From: Malacoraja senta
Lineage: Eukaryota
Assembly (NCBI GenBank): GCA_038087875.1
Contig: JAXLNO010000249.1
Span: 1 to 37,620, forward strand
Direction: 5' to 3'
DNA length: 37,620 nucleotides
Shown here: piece by piece, positions 1 through 11,824 of the stretch
Layout of the letters: every line of letters starts with the position of its first letter
Numbering within the stretch: position 1 is the first letter of the stretch
Program-made: the position numbers and the translations under genes
The notes under the pieces: generated by a model
Told to the model about the DNA's origin: nothing
The model's database searches: none
Seen by the model: only the letters and a program-made list of their open reading frames with translations

Positions 1-64
1 GTGCAAGTAAATAGTGTGAGAGAAATGGCCACCATGTGTGGAATATTAGAGGCTCATATTATAG

Positions 65-318
65 GTGACACGGTGGTGCAGCAGTAGAGTTGCTGCCTTA
101 CAGCGCTTACAGTGCTTGTCTGTACGGAGTTTGTACGTTTTCCCCGTCACCTGCCTGAGTTTTCCCCGAGAACTTCGGTTTCCTCCCACACTCCAAAGAC
201 AAACAGTTGTGTAGGTTAATTGGCTTGGTATAAATGTTTTTAAAAAATTGTCCCTTGTGTGGGATAGTGTTAATACGCGGGGATTGCTGGTCTGTGCGGA
301 CCTGGTGGGCTGAAGGAT
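65..318 (+). mobile_element. V-SINE/HE1-like tRNA-derived SINE, 5' part (tail displaced to 1171-1218)
   Basis: tRNA-like head ggtgacacggtggtgcagcagtagagttgctgccttacag, V-domain core ggtttcctcccacactccaaagac; breaks at ggtgggctgaagg. Confidence 0.85.
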
Positions 319-1170
319 ATGAGTCGGTGGGGGCGCTGCGAGATGGCTGCCCTGCCAGCAGTGTGTTCGTTATTTCGACTTTTTTCGGTTTTTTTAGTGT
401 GTCCAAATGTTTGTTTTAGTGTCTCTCGGTGTGTCTTGTGTGGGGGGTGGTGAGGGGGGGAAGGGGGGAACTGCTTTTGGTCGCCTCCTCGACGGAGAGG
501 CGACTTTTTCCATGTCGCCTCCCTCGCGGCCTAACAGCATGGATTGGAGCGGCCTTTTCCGGAGTCGGAGTTTCAGCAGCGGGCGCAGCGTGGACTTTTC
601 ATTGCGGAGCGGGCGAGCCCTTGCCGGGTGTCGCCAGAAGGGCGCAGCGTCTGGAGGCTGGGATCCCTCGCCGGGGATACCCGGAGAAGAGCTCCGACCG
701 CCGGCCCGCAGCATATAACATCCTGAAGCCGCAGTCTGCGGCGCTTCTAGCTGTGGGCATGGCGTGGACTTACCATCCGGAGCCTGGGATCCCTCGCCGG
801 GGATAGCCAGAGAAGAGCTCCGACCGCCGGCCTGCGGCCTACAACGTCCTGAAGCCATGGTCCGGTAAGAAAGTGCCGATTTGGGACCTCCAAGCTGCGG
901 AGTGCGTTCGACCGTCCCGACAAGAGGGCCTGTACTTCCGTCCGTCCGTAGCAGAGACTGTGGAGAGTTTTTATGGCCCTGACCACGGGTGAACAAAGAG
1001 GAGGACTGACTGAACTTTGTGCCTTCCACCATAGTGAAGAATGCCATGGTGGATGTTTGTGTTAAATCTTATTGTGTATTGTGTGTTCTTTTTTAATTGT
1101 ACCGCTGCTGGCAAATTCATTTCTCTGCACCTATGTGTGTATGTGACAAATAAAATTGACTATTGACTAT
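319..1170 (+). mobile_element. GC-rich non-autonomous retroposon with LINE-type (Rex1/L2-like) 3' tail, inserted in the SINE
   Basis: Splits a SINE; ends ttcatttctctgcacctatgtgtgtatgtgacaaataaaa followed by (ttgacta)n; internal ~75-bp direct repeat at ~655-730 and ~781-856; no RT ORF. Confidence 0.6.
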
Positions 1171-1218
1171 TGTTTCCGCACTGTATCTCTAAACTAAACT
1201 AAACTGAACTAAACTAAA
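1171..1218 (+). mobile_element. 3' tail of the split SINE
   Basis: tgtttccgcactgtatctct(aaact)n, same tail as intact copies at 11231 and 29392. Confidence 0.85.
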
Positions 1219-1584
1219 TTTGCACAAAGTTCATTTGAACCCCTGAGTCCTTGCATAAAGCATCTCTGTGGCTTTAAAAGTATTTCCATTACACCAAGTG
1301 AAACCTTGCTTCTCTTACGACTGCAGAACTTTTGTTGTAAATCTCTGAAATAAATCTAACGGGCATTTAGCATCAATGTTTGTTGTCATTTCCGTTCGGA
1401 GAGAGTTTTAATTGTTACCTTTTTTCAGAAGGAACATTGAATGTAGTGGTGGAATAAGGTGGAATTTCCGATAAAAAGTCAAAGGAAACAAGATCAAGGC
1501 TTATGTTTTTCTGAACTCACTTCAAAAGTCAAGAGTCTAGAATATGTAAACAATGTAAACCATGTAATAAAGGATGTTCAGTAC

Positions 1585-1706
<122 letters not shown>

Positions 1707-1739
1707 TTATCTTTCATTCATTTGTTCTATATCTCTCTA

Positions 1740-1878
1740 TAACACCATCTATATCTCTCGTTTCCCTTTCCCCTGACTGCCAGTCTGAAGAAGGTTCTCG
1801 ACCCAAAATGTCACCTATTCCTTTTCTCCAGAAATGCCATGTGAACCGCTGAGTTACTCCAGCACTTTTTGTGTCAAT
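1740..1878 (+). mobile_element. Penelope-like terminal-repeat fragment
   Basis: ctgaagaaggttctcgacccaaaatgtcacc...ctgagttactccagcactttttgtgtc. Confidence 0.65.
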
Positions 1879-2340
1879 ATACATATATATGTGTGTAAAC
1901 ATAAATATATGTGTGTATGTATACGATACACTCACACTCGCACACACATGCATCGATTAGAGTTACATTTTAAAATTAGTTCCTCTCAACAAATCTTCTA
2001 GATCTAAACATAACCATCAGTTTTCTTTTCTAGGGTTAAGTATTTTCTAAAACAGGTTGCTGTTTTTAATTTTCTTCTTGTTTTTCACCCCAGTCTTCTT
2101 CCTCTATTTGTAGCTATGCTGAAATCTTTTTATTTTAGTTAGAAACATTTGGTGCACTAAGGGGGGGGAGGGGGGGGGGGACTTTAATTGCCAGCTGCCT
2201 ATTTTGTTTTTGCCTGGAAGATGGACAAATGGCATTGGAATAGCAAGCAGGAAACTCAATGCAACCAGTTACCCACCTGAATCAACATTCAGGAGAGGCT
2301 TTAACTGGATACAATACTCTCGTCCAAAATAGACTGAAAG

Positions 2341-2612
2341 CTGGATACAAACTGCTGGAGTAACTCAGCGGGACAGGCAGTATCTCTGGAGAGAAGGAAT
2401 GGGTGACGTTTCGGGTCGAGACCCTTCTTCAGACTGAGAGTCACACTATACACGACAATGAAACCCATACAGTATACTTGACAGGAAAGAGACCCTTTTC
2501 GACTCGAAACATCACCCATACTTTCTATCCAGAGATGCTGCCTGTCCTGCTGAGTTACTCCAGCATTTTGTGTCTATCTTCAATGTAAACCAACATCTGC
2601 AGTTCCTTCTTG
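2341..2612. mobile_element. Inverted pair of Penelope-like terminal repeats (fold-back, MITE-like)
   Basis: tgctggagtaactcagcgggacaggcag...ggagagaaggaatgggtga pairs with tcacccatactttctatccagagatgctgcctgtcctgctgagttactccagca. Confidence 0.7.
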
Positions 2613-2809
2613 TCAGGGAGTATGGAAGGGGACTGAGAATGCATCCTTGCAGTGCACTGGTGTTGAGAATGATTGTGGAGGAGGCGTTATCACTTATCCT
2701 GGCTGATTGTGGTCCATGTTCAGAAAGTTGATGATCCAGTGGCAGAGGGATTGCTGATTCCTAGGCCAAGGAGTTTGGAGATGAGTTTGGACGGGATTAT
2801 GGTGTTGAT
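2613..2809 (-). mobile_element. Rex1/Babar-like LINE RT fragment (decayed)
   Basis: Minus strand reads NTIIPSKLISKLLGLGISNPLCHWIINFL...STIILNTSALQGCILSPL (PQG-motif region). Confidence 0.7.
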
Positions 2810-3030
2810 CTATTCTACATTTTCCTCGGTCTGCGTCCCCTTTGATGTTTCGTTTTCACACCTTACCCTTCCTTTTCTCTGTGGTCTCCCTCTCCCCTGA
2901 CCCTCAGTCTGAAGAAGGGTCTCGACCCAAAACGTCACCCATTCCTTCTCTCCAGAGATGCTGCCTGTCCCGCTGATGCTTTTTGTGTCTATCTTCGGTG
3001 TAAACTTCAGCATCTGCAGTTCCTTCCAGA
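2810..3030 (+). mobile_element. Penelope-like terminal repeat
   Basis: cagtctgaagaagggtctcgacccaaaacgtcacccattcc...cagcatctgcagttcc. Confidence 0.7.
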
Positions 3031-3400
3031 CCTGATAGAAGTATATAAAATTATGAGGGGCAAACAAAGGGTAGAATGTTAGATGGACACAAAAAGCCAG
3101 AGCAACTCAGAATCTTCTTATCTCATTCCCAGTGTGGAAATGCCAAAGGCAAGAAAGCCTAGCTTTTAGCAAAATACAAAGGAGATGTGTGGGGCAAGTT
3201 TATTTACACAGAGAGTGATGGGTGCACTGTCAGGGATCTGGTGGAAGGCAATACGATAGTGGCATTTAATAGGATTTTAGATAAGTACATGAATATGCAG
3301 GCAATGGAGGGATATGGGTTGTGTATAGGCAGAAGGGATTGGATTCATTTGGAAGCTTGTTTGGCACAAACATTGTGTGTGAAGGGCACATTCCTGTTTA
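3031..3400 (+). mobile_element. Old CR1 LINE 3' end
   Basis: gacctgatagaagtatataaaattatgag (DLIEVYKIM) and CR1-type tail similar to 10500-10880. Confidence 0.7.
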
Positions 3401-3591
3401 TAGAACAGAAGCGCTACAACACTGATCACTATATTATGCACTTTGTATCGTCCTCTTTGGTCTACCTAATGTGTTTAAATTTGACTTGGTTGTACAGTAT
3501 TTATGTACAGTGTTACCTGATCTGATTTGGATAGGATACAAAACAAAGCTTTCCAGGACAAATAATAATAACAAAGAATAAACCTAAACCT

Positions 3592-3690
3592 AAGATAGAC
3601 ACAGAATGCTGGAGTAACTCAGTGGGACAGGCGGCATCTCTGGAGAGAAGGAATGGGTGACATTTCGGGTCGAGTCCCTTCTTCAGACCT
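3592..3690 (-). mobile_element. Penelope-like terminal repeat
   Basis: aagatagacacagaatgctggagtaactcag...gggtcgagtcccttcttcagac. Confidence 0.65.
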
Positions 3691-3979
3691 AAACCTAAAC
3701 CTAGCGTTCTATGTTGTATTTACCTGGTCAGTAACAGTGTGATTTTTTTTTGGAGAACATAACTAATAAGAAAATAGTGTGACATTTCACCCAATGACCA
3801 TCCCGAAGGTAACATGAGTGTGGCAGTAACCATGGTTGTCAACCCTGGGAGGGGAGGTGTCGTGGAGAAGGATCCACAATTGCAAAGGCCCTCTCCCCTA
3901 TGGAAGCCTGAATTTTGCTGATAACTCGCCGCCATAGGGACACTGCCTTTAAGGGCTGATGATCTTGTCCTTGTGCCCA

Positions 3980-4152
3980 GGGCAGCACAGTAGCGCAGCG
4001 GTAGAGTTGCTGCTTTACAGAGCCAGAGACCCGGGTTCGATCCTGACCAGAGGTGTTGTCTGTACAGAGTTTGTAATTTTGTCCTGTGACCGCGTGGGTT
4101 TCCTCCAGGTGCTCTGGTTTCCTCCCACACTCCAAAGACGTACAAGGTTTGC
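3980..4152 (+). mobile_element. V-SINE, 3' truncated
   Basis: tRNA head with B-box-like ggttcgatcc and V core. Confidence 0.85.
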
Positions 4153-4283
4153 AGGAATGCTTTGTTCTTGGGCTAAGAATGACAATAACAGGCAGATAGT
4201 GGCCTCTTCCTGATCCTGTTTCAGGGATTCATGTTCCTCCTGGAAAGGACATGTGTGAGTGGACAATAGAACATAGAACATAT

Positions 4284-4556
4284 TGCACAGTGGTGCAGTG
4301 GTAGAGTTGCTGCCTTACAGTGCTTGAGGGCCGGGTTTGATCCTGACTATGAGTGCTGTACGGAGTTCTCCCTGTGACCTGCGTGGGATTTCTCGGGGTG
4401 CTCCAGTTTCCTCCCACACTCCAAAGACATTAATTCCAAAGGTTAATCGACTTCGGTAAAATTGTCGCCCCTGTGTAGTATAAATGGGTGATTGCTGGTC
4501 AGCATGGACGCGATGGGCCAAAGGGCCTGTTTCTATGCTCTAGCGTTAAAACTAAA
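4284..4556 (+). mobile_element. V-SINE
   Basis: Head, V core and gggcctgtttct tail. Confidence 0.85.
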
Positions 4557-4559
4557 AAA

Positions 4560-4970
4560 AACATAGAACAGTACAGCACAAGAATATGCTCTTTGGCCTG
4601 CAGTGTCTGTGCTAAACCTGATGCCAAGACCAACTCTTACCTGCCTGCACATAATCCACATCCTCTGCCTATCCTTAGGCTCACCGGGCTATAGTTTCCT
4701 GGATTCTCTCTACTTCTCCTCCGGGACCTCACCTGTGGCTAGAGAAGATGCAAAGATCCTTGTCAAGGCTCCCACAATCTCCTCTCTTGCCTCTCTCAAT
4801 AACCTGGGATACATCCCATCCGGTTCTTGATTAATAAGGGTGTCAGAGGTTATGGGAAGAAGGCAGGAGAATGGGGTTGAGAGGGATAGATAGGTCAGCC
4901 ATGATTGAGTGATGGAGTAGACTTGATGGGCCGACTGGCCCTAATTCTGCTCCTAGAACTTATGAACATA
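4560..4970. mobile_element. Mosaic of CR1 fragments (minus-strand tail and ORF2 piece, plus-strand 3' tail)
   Basis: 4680-4825 minus encodes PDGMYPRLLREAREEIVGALTRIFASSLATGEVPEE; 4828-4970 is the ggttatgggaagaaggcaggagaatgggg tail. Confidence 0.7.
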
Positions 4971-6127
4971 TTTGTTGGGAATGATCTGAGATGCAGCATA
5001 GACTTAATGGGCCAAATGGTCTCATTTAATGTCATAGAAAAATATCAGACATCTAAACTACTGGTCCCTAAAGCCTTGTGCATCATAACATGTGCATTCC
5101 AGCCTTGCTGAAGTCATGCAATCTTTGAGAGTAATAAATATCAGATAATATCCCATCCCAGAGGCACTTGAGGCAAGTCAAAGATCAGACAATGGTCCTG
5201 ATTAACATTACCAAGTTCCTCTCTCTTGTTTAAGGAACTGTGCATCCCAGCCTAAAAGAGCTGGGATTTCCTCTCATTGAAAACTATACATTGCCGATTT
5301 ACACATTAAAGAATGGCACTGGGGCAGATATATCAACCAAATGTATATTTGAATTGCAGAATACAGAGCAAATTCATTCTTACAGTAACTTAATAGAGTA
5401 GATAATTGGTCCTTGAGATTACAATTCTGACAATGAAATGGACCAGGATATTGGAAAGTGGCCTTTTATCACCTGAGCATTTCATTTATCATTGAGCCAT
5501 TTTGACTTTGGAGTGCATGGTATGTATTTCCATTGAGTAAGTTCTTCCACTTGCTGAAGGGCAAGTCCAACATTATGACTGAAGAGCAGCAATCTAGCAT
5601 GAAAGGTTTGCAAAGTGTTTGAATTACTTGCCCAAAATATAATTCGGGGCAGCCTCAGCGGGGTATCTTTTCGCTACCCTACTACTTTGCACATTAGCAC
5701 ACACAGACCTTTACAGACTCAGAAATTTGTTTTTTCTTGAAAGATGCCAGCTTTTAAATTGGTTTCGGTCTGAGGAACTACTCAATAGGCTCATTTAATG
5801 TGAACATACCAGCCATAATAATCATTTAATCTGCATTTTGTGAACCAAGCTGATTTGCTCCCTTTGCACAGTGCTCTTTACATTCACATCAGTGCTTGCT
5901 TCAATCTGTCTCCTGAATTAGGAATTGTTCCCTTAGGGATCAACAGATGTTGAGATTTGACACATCCATTTAAAGAGTATCAGTGGGCCATTACTGATTC
6001 AAAGATCTTTCCTCAAGGCCATCGTGTTTCACCGTATTACTCATTCGGTCCCAGGAGAGCTTTTAATTTATGGAGCTGAACAAAAAGGGAAGGTGCACGA
6101 TTTTGACCCTTCACAAAAAGTGAAGGG

Positions 6128-6585
6128 TCAGGTCGGGGGGGGGGGGGGGGGGGGAGTTCCCCCCGCCACCATGTAATCCCGTGCTACCTGCTCCATGGTC
6201 GGATAGTCGGTGACTAAACCGTGTCCCCCACCTGGTTGGCCAGGTGAGGAGGGGGCTGTGGACCCCCAGCAGGACCAAAAATAAGACCTGTCAAAGGGCG
6301 GATGAGCTCCTAGCGAGCCAACGGCCATCAGTAGAAGTTGCGATCATTGTCGTACATAGCATTGTAAGGAATGATGATAAAGCACACACAACAAAATCCT
6401 ATACTTCCAGCGGCGGAAGTCCGCAGGAACATAGCAGCTGGTCGATGTTTCTGTCCCATCTGGGCACCATGACGACAGGTCTTTAAACTCTGGGCACACT
6501 CCGGTGAGGGATCAGTCCGACTTCAGGACTAAGGCGGCTGCACCCCTTCTTAAGTGCAAGAAGTTATTGATTGATTGATTGATTT
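6128..6585 (+). mobile_element. Probable RTE-related non-autonomous retroposon
   Basis: GC-rich body resembling an RTE 5' UTR (ggtgaggagggggctgtggacccccagcagg...aagacctgtcaaagggcggatg), ending in (gatt)n. Confidence 0.4.
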
Positions 6586-6673
6586 GTTACATTATCGGCA
6601 CAATTTTGGCGGATAGAATGTACGGTAGAAAAACGTGAGATTTGGAAGGAAGAATTAAATAGTAAATTATTAT

Positions 6674-6958
6674 GTTTAGTTTCGAGGCACAGTGTGGAAA
6701 CAGGCCCTACACGCCGAACAGCGACCCCCTGTACACAAGCACTATCCTACACACACTAGGGACAATTTACATTATTTACCAAAGCCAATTAACCTACGAA
6801 ACCTGTGGAGTGTGGAAGGAAACTGGAGCACCTGGAGAAAACCCACCAGGGGCCGGGGGAAGAATGTACAAACTCCGTACAGACAGCACCCGTAGTCAGG
6901 ATCGAACCCGGGTCTCTGCCGTTGGAAGGCAGCCACTCTACTGCTGCACCACCGTGCT
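6674..6958 (-). mobile_element. V-SINE
   Basis: Reverse complement of head, core (ggagtgtggaaggaaactggagcacc) and tail. Confidence 0.85.
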
Positions 6959-7184
6959 CTGTTTATTTAAACAGAGTGAGAGTACAAAATGTTTTTGTGT
7001 TAAGAGATCGGTGAAGGGGCTGGTGAGACCTAGTCTCCCACCGAGTGAAAATATTGGAAGAGCAGCCAGTCCCAAACCACAATATGGTCTCCATGTTTAA
7101 AGCTCTCATTGCGAGTAGGGTAAGAATAGTTTATGAATTGATTGCTGGGATGAAGGGGATACAGACTGAACAAGCTTGATGTCG

Positions 7185-7432
7185 TGAGGTTCATAGTCTT
7201 CTACAATTATACCGTCGCATTGCTGAACTCGGAGTCCCGCCGATAGATTCCTCCGGTCCCTCCGTCCCCATTGTTAATTATTCTGTATTTTTGATTATTC
7301 TGTATCCTCTTTTTTTTAAAATTTCTATATTGCACTACTACTACGGACTGACGCAAAACTGCATTTCGTTGTACCCATACTCAGTATTTGTGCAATGACA
7401 TTAAAGTTGAATTGAATTGAATTGAATTGAAT
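7185..7432 (+). mobile_element. Rex1-like LINE 3' end with (TTGAA)n tail, nested in an old CR1
   Basis: actgcatttcgttgtacc...gtgcaatgacattaaa(gttgaa/ttgaa)n; flanks 6980-7185 and 7433-7625 are decayed CR1 RT C-terminus. Confidence 0.6.
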
Positions 7433-7939
7433 CGAAGCTCAGAGGAATGAGAGATGTTCTTACCGAAACATGTATGGTTCTGAAGAGCATTGAGACGGTG
7501 GATGCTGAGAGGGTGTTTTCCCTTGTGGGGTTATCGAGAGCTAGGGATCACAATGTCAGTAAAAGGATCACCCACTTCAAACGGAGAGGAGGGGAAATTC
7601 AGTTTCCAAGAGGGAAAGTGAACCGTGTTTACCGTCACGTCGGAGAGAAGTAGCAGCCAGAAGCAGCGAGAGCGAGTATTGGCTGGAAGTAGGTGAGTCA
7701 GAGGGAAAGAAGATTTAAAAAGAGTGCCAAAGGCCCAGGTTCTAGTAATTTACAAATTAGCCCTAAAGCAGTTGATTAGGTAACAGATAAAGAAGTGCAG
7801 CTGTAGCAGAGCGGCCTTGTTGAGATGAAATGCCTTGGTGAGCAAAGTGTGAGTGTTTGGCTCGAGAGTCTTCGGCGAGGAGGCTGAGGCAAGGAGGCTA
7901 CACCTAATTCAAAATTTGTGATTTTTGTTCACTGAAGAA

Positions 7940-8830
7940 ATGGCAGGCAAATTGGTACAGTGTGTTTCCTGCAGGATGTGGGAAGTCAGGGGACACCGCT
8001 GGAAACTACACCTGCAGATATTGTGTCCAGGTGCAGCTCCTGAATGAACGTGTTGGGGAACTGGAGCTGGATGACCTCAGGGCCATCGGGAAAATGAGAG
8101 TTTCTTAGACAGGACCTACAGTGAGGTTGTCACGTCAAGGATACAGGAAGAGCGAAGGTGAGTGACTGAGAGAAAGAGGAGTAAACGTGTAGTGCAGGAG
8201 ATCCCAGTGGCTGTACCTACTGAAAACAGGTACATCCTCTTGGGAGCGGACGACCAGACAAGATTGAGTGGTAGCCAGGGCTGTGATTCCAAACCTGGTG
8301 TCGAGGCTCAACGGGGAAGAGTGACGTCAGGCAGAGCCATAATGGTGGGAGACTTCATCGCAAGAGGTGCGAACAGGAGATTTTGCGGCAGCAAGCGAGA
8401 CTCCAGGATGGTGTGTTGCCTCCCTGGTGCCAGGGTCCAGGACGTCTCGGAGTGGCTGCACGGCATCCTCAAGAGTGAGGGGGAGCAGCCGGAGGTTGTT
8501 GTGCATGTTGGCACAAATGATATAGGTCGGAAAAGGAAGGAGGTTCTGCAACAAGATTTTATGGGATTGGGTAAAAGACTGAAAAGCTGGACCTGCAGGG
8601 TAGCAATCTCAGGATTGCTTCCAGTACCTCGTGCTAGTGAAGATAGGAATAGGAAGATAGGGGGAATGAATGTGTGGCTGAGGAGTTAGTGATTTCTGAA
8701 TCAATGGGATCTCTTCAGGGGCAGGAGTGACGAGTATAAAAGGGACAGGTTGCACCTTAACTGGAGGGGGACCAACATCCTAGCAGGCAGGTTTGCTAAT
8801 GCTACACGGGAGGGTTTAAACTAGATTGGC
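7940..8830 (+). pseudogene. CR1 ORF1 (zinc finger plus SGNH esterase), frameshifted
   Basis: MAGKLVQCVSCRMWEV; MVGDF, CCLPGA, VVHVGTND motifs, with RDRLHLN further on. Confidence 0.85.
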
Positions 8831-8959
8831 AGTGGGGGACGGGTGCGATCTCGTACAGGACAGAGGGACGTGAGAGGCTAGAAGTTGGTGTGGAGGGTGG
8901 TGTGGGAAAGGTTAGTGGACAGAATGGGCAGGTGAAAGGCGGAGAGCGAAGAAGGAGGG

Positions 8960-10798
8960 TTGGTTTAAACTGCACGTATTTTAATGCAAGGGGCCTGACA
9001 GGTAAGGCAGATGAGCTTAGGGCATGGATAGGCACGAGCGACTGGGAAATTGTAGCCATGACTGAAGCCTGATTAAGGGAGGGGCAGCAGGACTGGCAGC
9101 TCAATGTTCCGGGGTACAAGAGCTTCAGGAGAGACAGGGATGAAGGAAAAAGAGGAGAAGGGGTTACATTGTTGGTTAACGAGGATGTCATGGCTGTGTT
9201 CAGAGGTTCGTCTAGTGAGGCTATATGGGTGGAGCTGAGGAACAATTAAGGGATGATCACCTTGGTGGAGGTGTACCACAGACCCCCGAATAGTCAACCG
9301 GAAATTAGAAGAACAAATGTGCCGGGAGATTGCAGACAGTTGCAGGTCAAATCAGGTTGTTTTAATAGGGGATTTTAATTTTCCCAATATAGACTTGAAA
9401 TTTATGAGTCGTCCTTAAATACAGGAGAGGTGCCGGAAGACTGGAGGGTGGCAAATGTTGTGCCTCTTTTCAAGAAGGGCTGCAGGGAAAATGCTGGGAA
9501 CATTAGGCTGGTTAGCTTAACATCTGTAGTTGGTAAGTTACTGGAGAATAGTCTGAGGGATAGGATTTACAGGCATTTGGATGGGCAAGGGTTGATTAGG
9601 GATAGTCAGCATGGTTTTGCATGTGGGAGGTCGTGTCTCACAAATCTGATTGATATTTTTGAAAACGTGACCAAAAAGGTTGATGAAGGCAGAGCTGTAG
9701 ATGTTGTGTACATGCAAGGCGTTCGACAAAGTTCTGCATGGTCGGCTGCTTTGGAAGGTTAGATCGCATGGGATCCAGGGAGAGATAGCTGAATGGATAG
9801 CACATTGGCTCCAGGGAAGGGAGCCGAGGGTAATGGTGGAAGGTTGCTTCTTGGACTGGATGCCTGTGACTAGTGGTGTGCCTCAGGGTTCGGTGCTGGG
9901 CCCGTTACTGTTTGTCATCTACATCAATGATTTGGACGAGAACATAAAGGGCAAGATCAGCAAGTTTGCTGATGATACAAAAGTGAGTGGTTTTGCAGAT
10001 AGTGAAGATGGTTGTGAACGATTGCAGCAGGATCTGGATCGATTGGCCAGGTGGGCGGAGGAATGGTTGATGGAATTTAATACAGAGAAGTGTGAGGAGT
10101 TGCATTTTGGGAAGTCGAACAAGGGCAGGACCTACGCAGTAAATGGTAGGCCTCTGGGTAGTGTTGTACAACAGAGGGATCCAGGAGTACAAGTGCATGG
10201 TTCCATGAAGGTTGAGTCGCAGGTACGTAAGGTGGTCAAAAAAGGCTTTTGGCATTTTGTCCTTCATCAGTCAGAGTATTGAGTATGGAAGTTGAGAGGT
10301 CATGTTGCAGTTGTATAAGACGTTGGTGAGACCGCATTAGAATATTGTGTTCAGTTCTGGGCGCCATGTTATAGGAAAGATATTGTCAAGCTTGAAAGGG
10401 TTCAGAAAAGATTTACAAGGATGTTGCCAGGACTTGAGGATGTGAGCTATAGAGGTTGGTTGAGTAGGCTGGGTCTCTATTTCATGGAGCACAAGAGGAA
10501 AAGGAGAGATGTTATAGAGGTGTATAAGATCACGAGAGGAATAGATTAGGTAAATGTACGGAGTCTTTTACCCAGAGTAAGGGAATCGAGGACCAGAGGA
10601 CATAGGTTCAAGATGAGGGGGAAAAGATTTAATAGGAATTCAAGGGGTAATTTTTTCACACAAAGGGTTGTGGGTGTATGGAACAAGCTGCCAGAGGAGG
10701 TAATTGAGGCTGCGACTATCCCATCATTTAAGAAACACTTAGACAGGTACGTGGATAGGCCAGGTTTGGAGGGAGATGGACAAAGCGCAGGCAAGTAG
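8960..10798 (+). pseudogene. CR1 ORF2 (APE endonuclease plus RT), disrupted
   Basis: YFNARGL, GDFNFP, PEDWRVANVVPLFKKG, QHGF, PQGSVLGP, FADD; multiple frameshifts; jump at ~9398. Confidence 0.9.
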
Positions 10799-10974
10799 GA
10801 CTAGTGTAGCTGGGACATTGTTGGCCGGTGCGGGCGAGTTGGGCCGAAGGGCCTGTTTCCACACTGTATCACTTTATGACTATAAGAGGAGTGGGAATTA
10901 CTGCCATCTTCTATCAGAAGTCATTGCATGTAGTCAATGTGGAGATTAATAGACACTATTAACACAAGACTGTC

Positions 10975-11140
10975 AGGTGTGATTGTGGAGGCATTTCAGA
11001 GGCTTTTGGAAAGGCAGATCAACACGTAGGGAACGGAGGGATATGGATCACGTGCAGAGAGTGGGGGATTAGTTTAACTTGGCATTGTGTCCGATACAGA
11101 CCTGGTGGGCCGAATGGCCTGTTTCTGTGCTGTGTGCTTT
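10975..11140 (+). mobile_element. Old CR1 3' tail
   Basis: ggagggatatggatcac...ggtgggccgaatggcctgtttctgtgctgt. Confidence 0.6.
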
Positions 11141-11230
11141 GTTCTAATTCATAAGGAGCCGTCAGTGGCACTCAGGATTTTCAGATGTTATGTTGGGAGC
11201 ATACGGATGTCCACTGAAAATATTGGGGCA

Positions 11231-11543
11231 AGCGGCACGGTGGCGCAGCGGTAGAGTTGCTGCCTTACAGCGCCGGATACCCGGGTTTGATCCTGACTGT
11301 GGGTGCTGTCAGTATGGAGTTTGTACGTTCTCCCCGTGACCTGCGTGAGTTTTCTCCAGGTGCTCTGGTTTCCTCCCACACTCCAAAGATGTACAGGGTT
11401 GTACGGTAATTGGCTTGGTATAATTGTAAATTGTCCCTAATGTGTGAGGGATAGTGTTAATGTGCGAGGATCGCTGGTCGGCGCGGAAACGATGGGCGGA
11501 AGGGCCTGTTCCCGCCCTGTATCTCTAAACTAAACTAAACTAA
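11231..11543 (+). mobile_element. Full-length V-SINE
   Basis: gcggcacggtggcgcagcggtagagttgc...V core...ctgtatctct(aaact)3. Confidence 0.92.
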
Positions 11544-11584
11544 AGTACAACTACTCCCGAAGCACAATCAGGGAGGAACTCAGC

Positions 11585-11690
11585 GTCTGAAGAAGGACTC
11601 GACCGGAAACGTCACCCATTCCTTCTCTCCAGAGATGCTGCCTGTCCCGCTGAGCCTGAGTTACTCCAGATTTTTGTGTCTATCTTCAGC
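11585..11690 (+). mobile_element. Penelope-like terminal repeat
   Basis: ctgaagaaggactcgaccggaaacgtcacccattccttctctccagagatgctg. Confidence 0.65.
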
Positions 11691-11824
11691 GTTAAGAAAG
11701 TTTCCTTCAACCAGAAGGATGGCCTTAGAAGAGAAATAAAAGTGAATTCATTAAAGGGTGGTAAGTTATTTAGCTTTAAGTTTAGGATTATTATTGTCAC
11801 ATGTACCAAAGTACAATGAAAAGC

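Larger units (their letters stand above)
7630..10883 (+). mobile_element. Near full-length CR1 LINE with internal ORF2 deletion
   Basis: 5' UTR, ORF1, EN, RT (PQGSVLGP, KFADDTK) and tail gggcctgtttccacactgtatcactttatgactata. Confidence 0.92.

Noticed and set aside
394..1047. 217-aa minus-strand ORF
   Set aside because: GC-rich repeat interior with no recognisable domain.
2161..2180. Poly-G runs (also ~6135, 15018, 26410) as functional G-quadruplexes
   Set aside because: Simple homopolymers with no supporting context.
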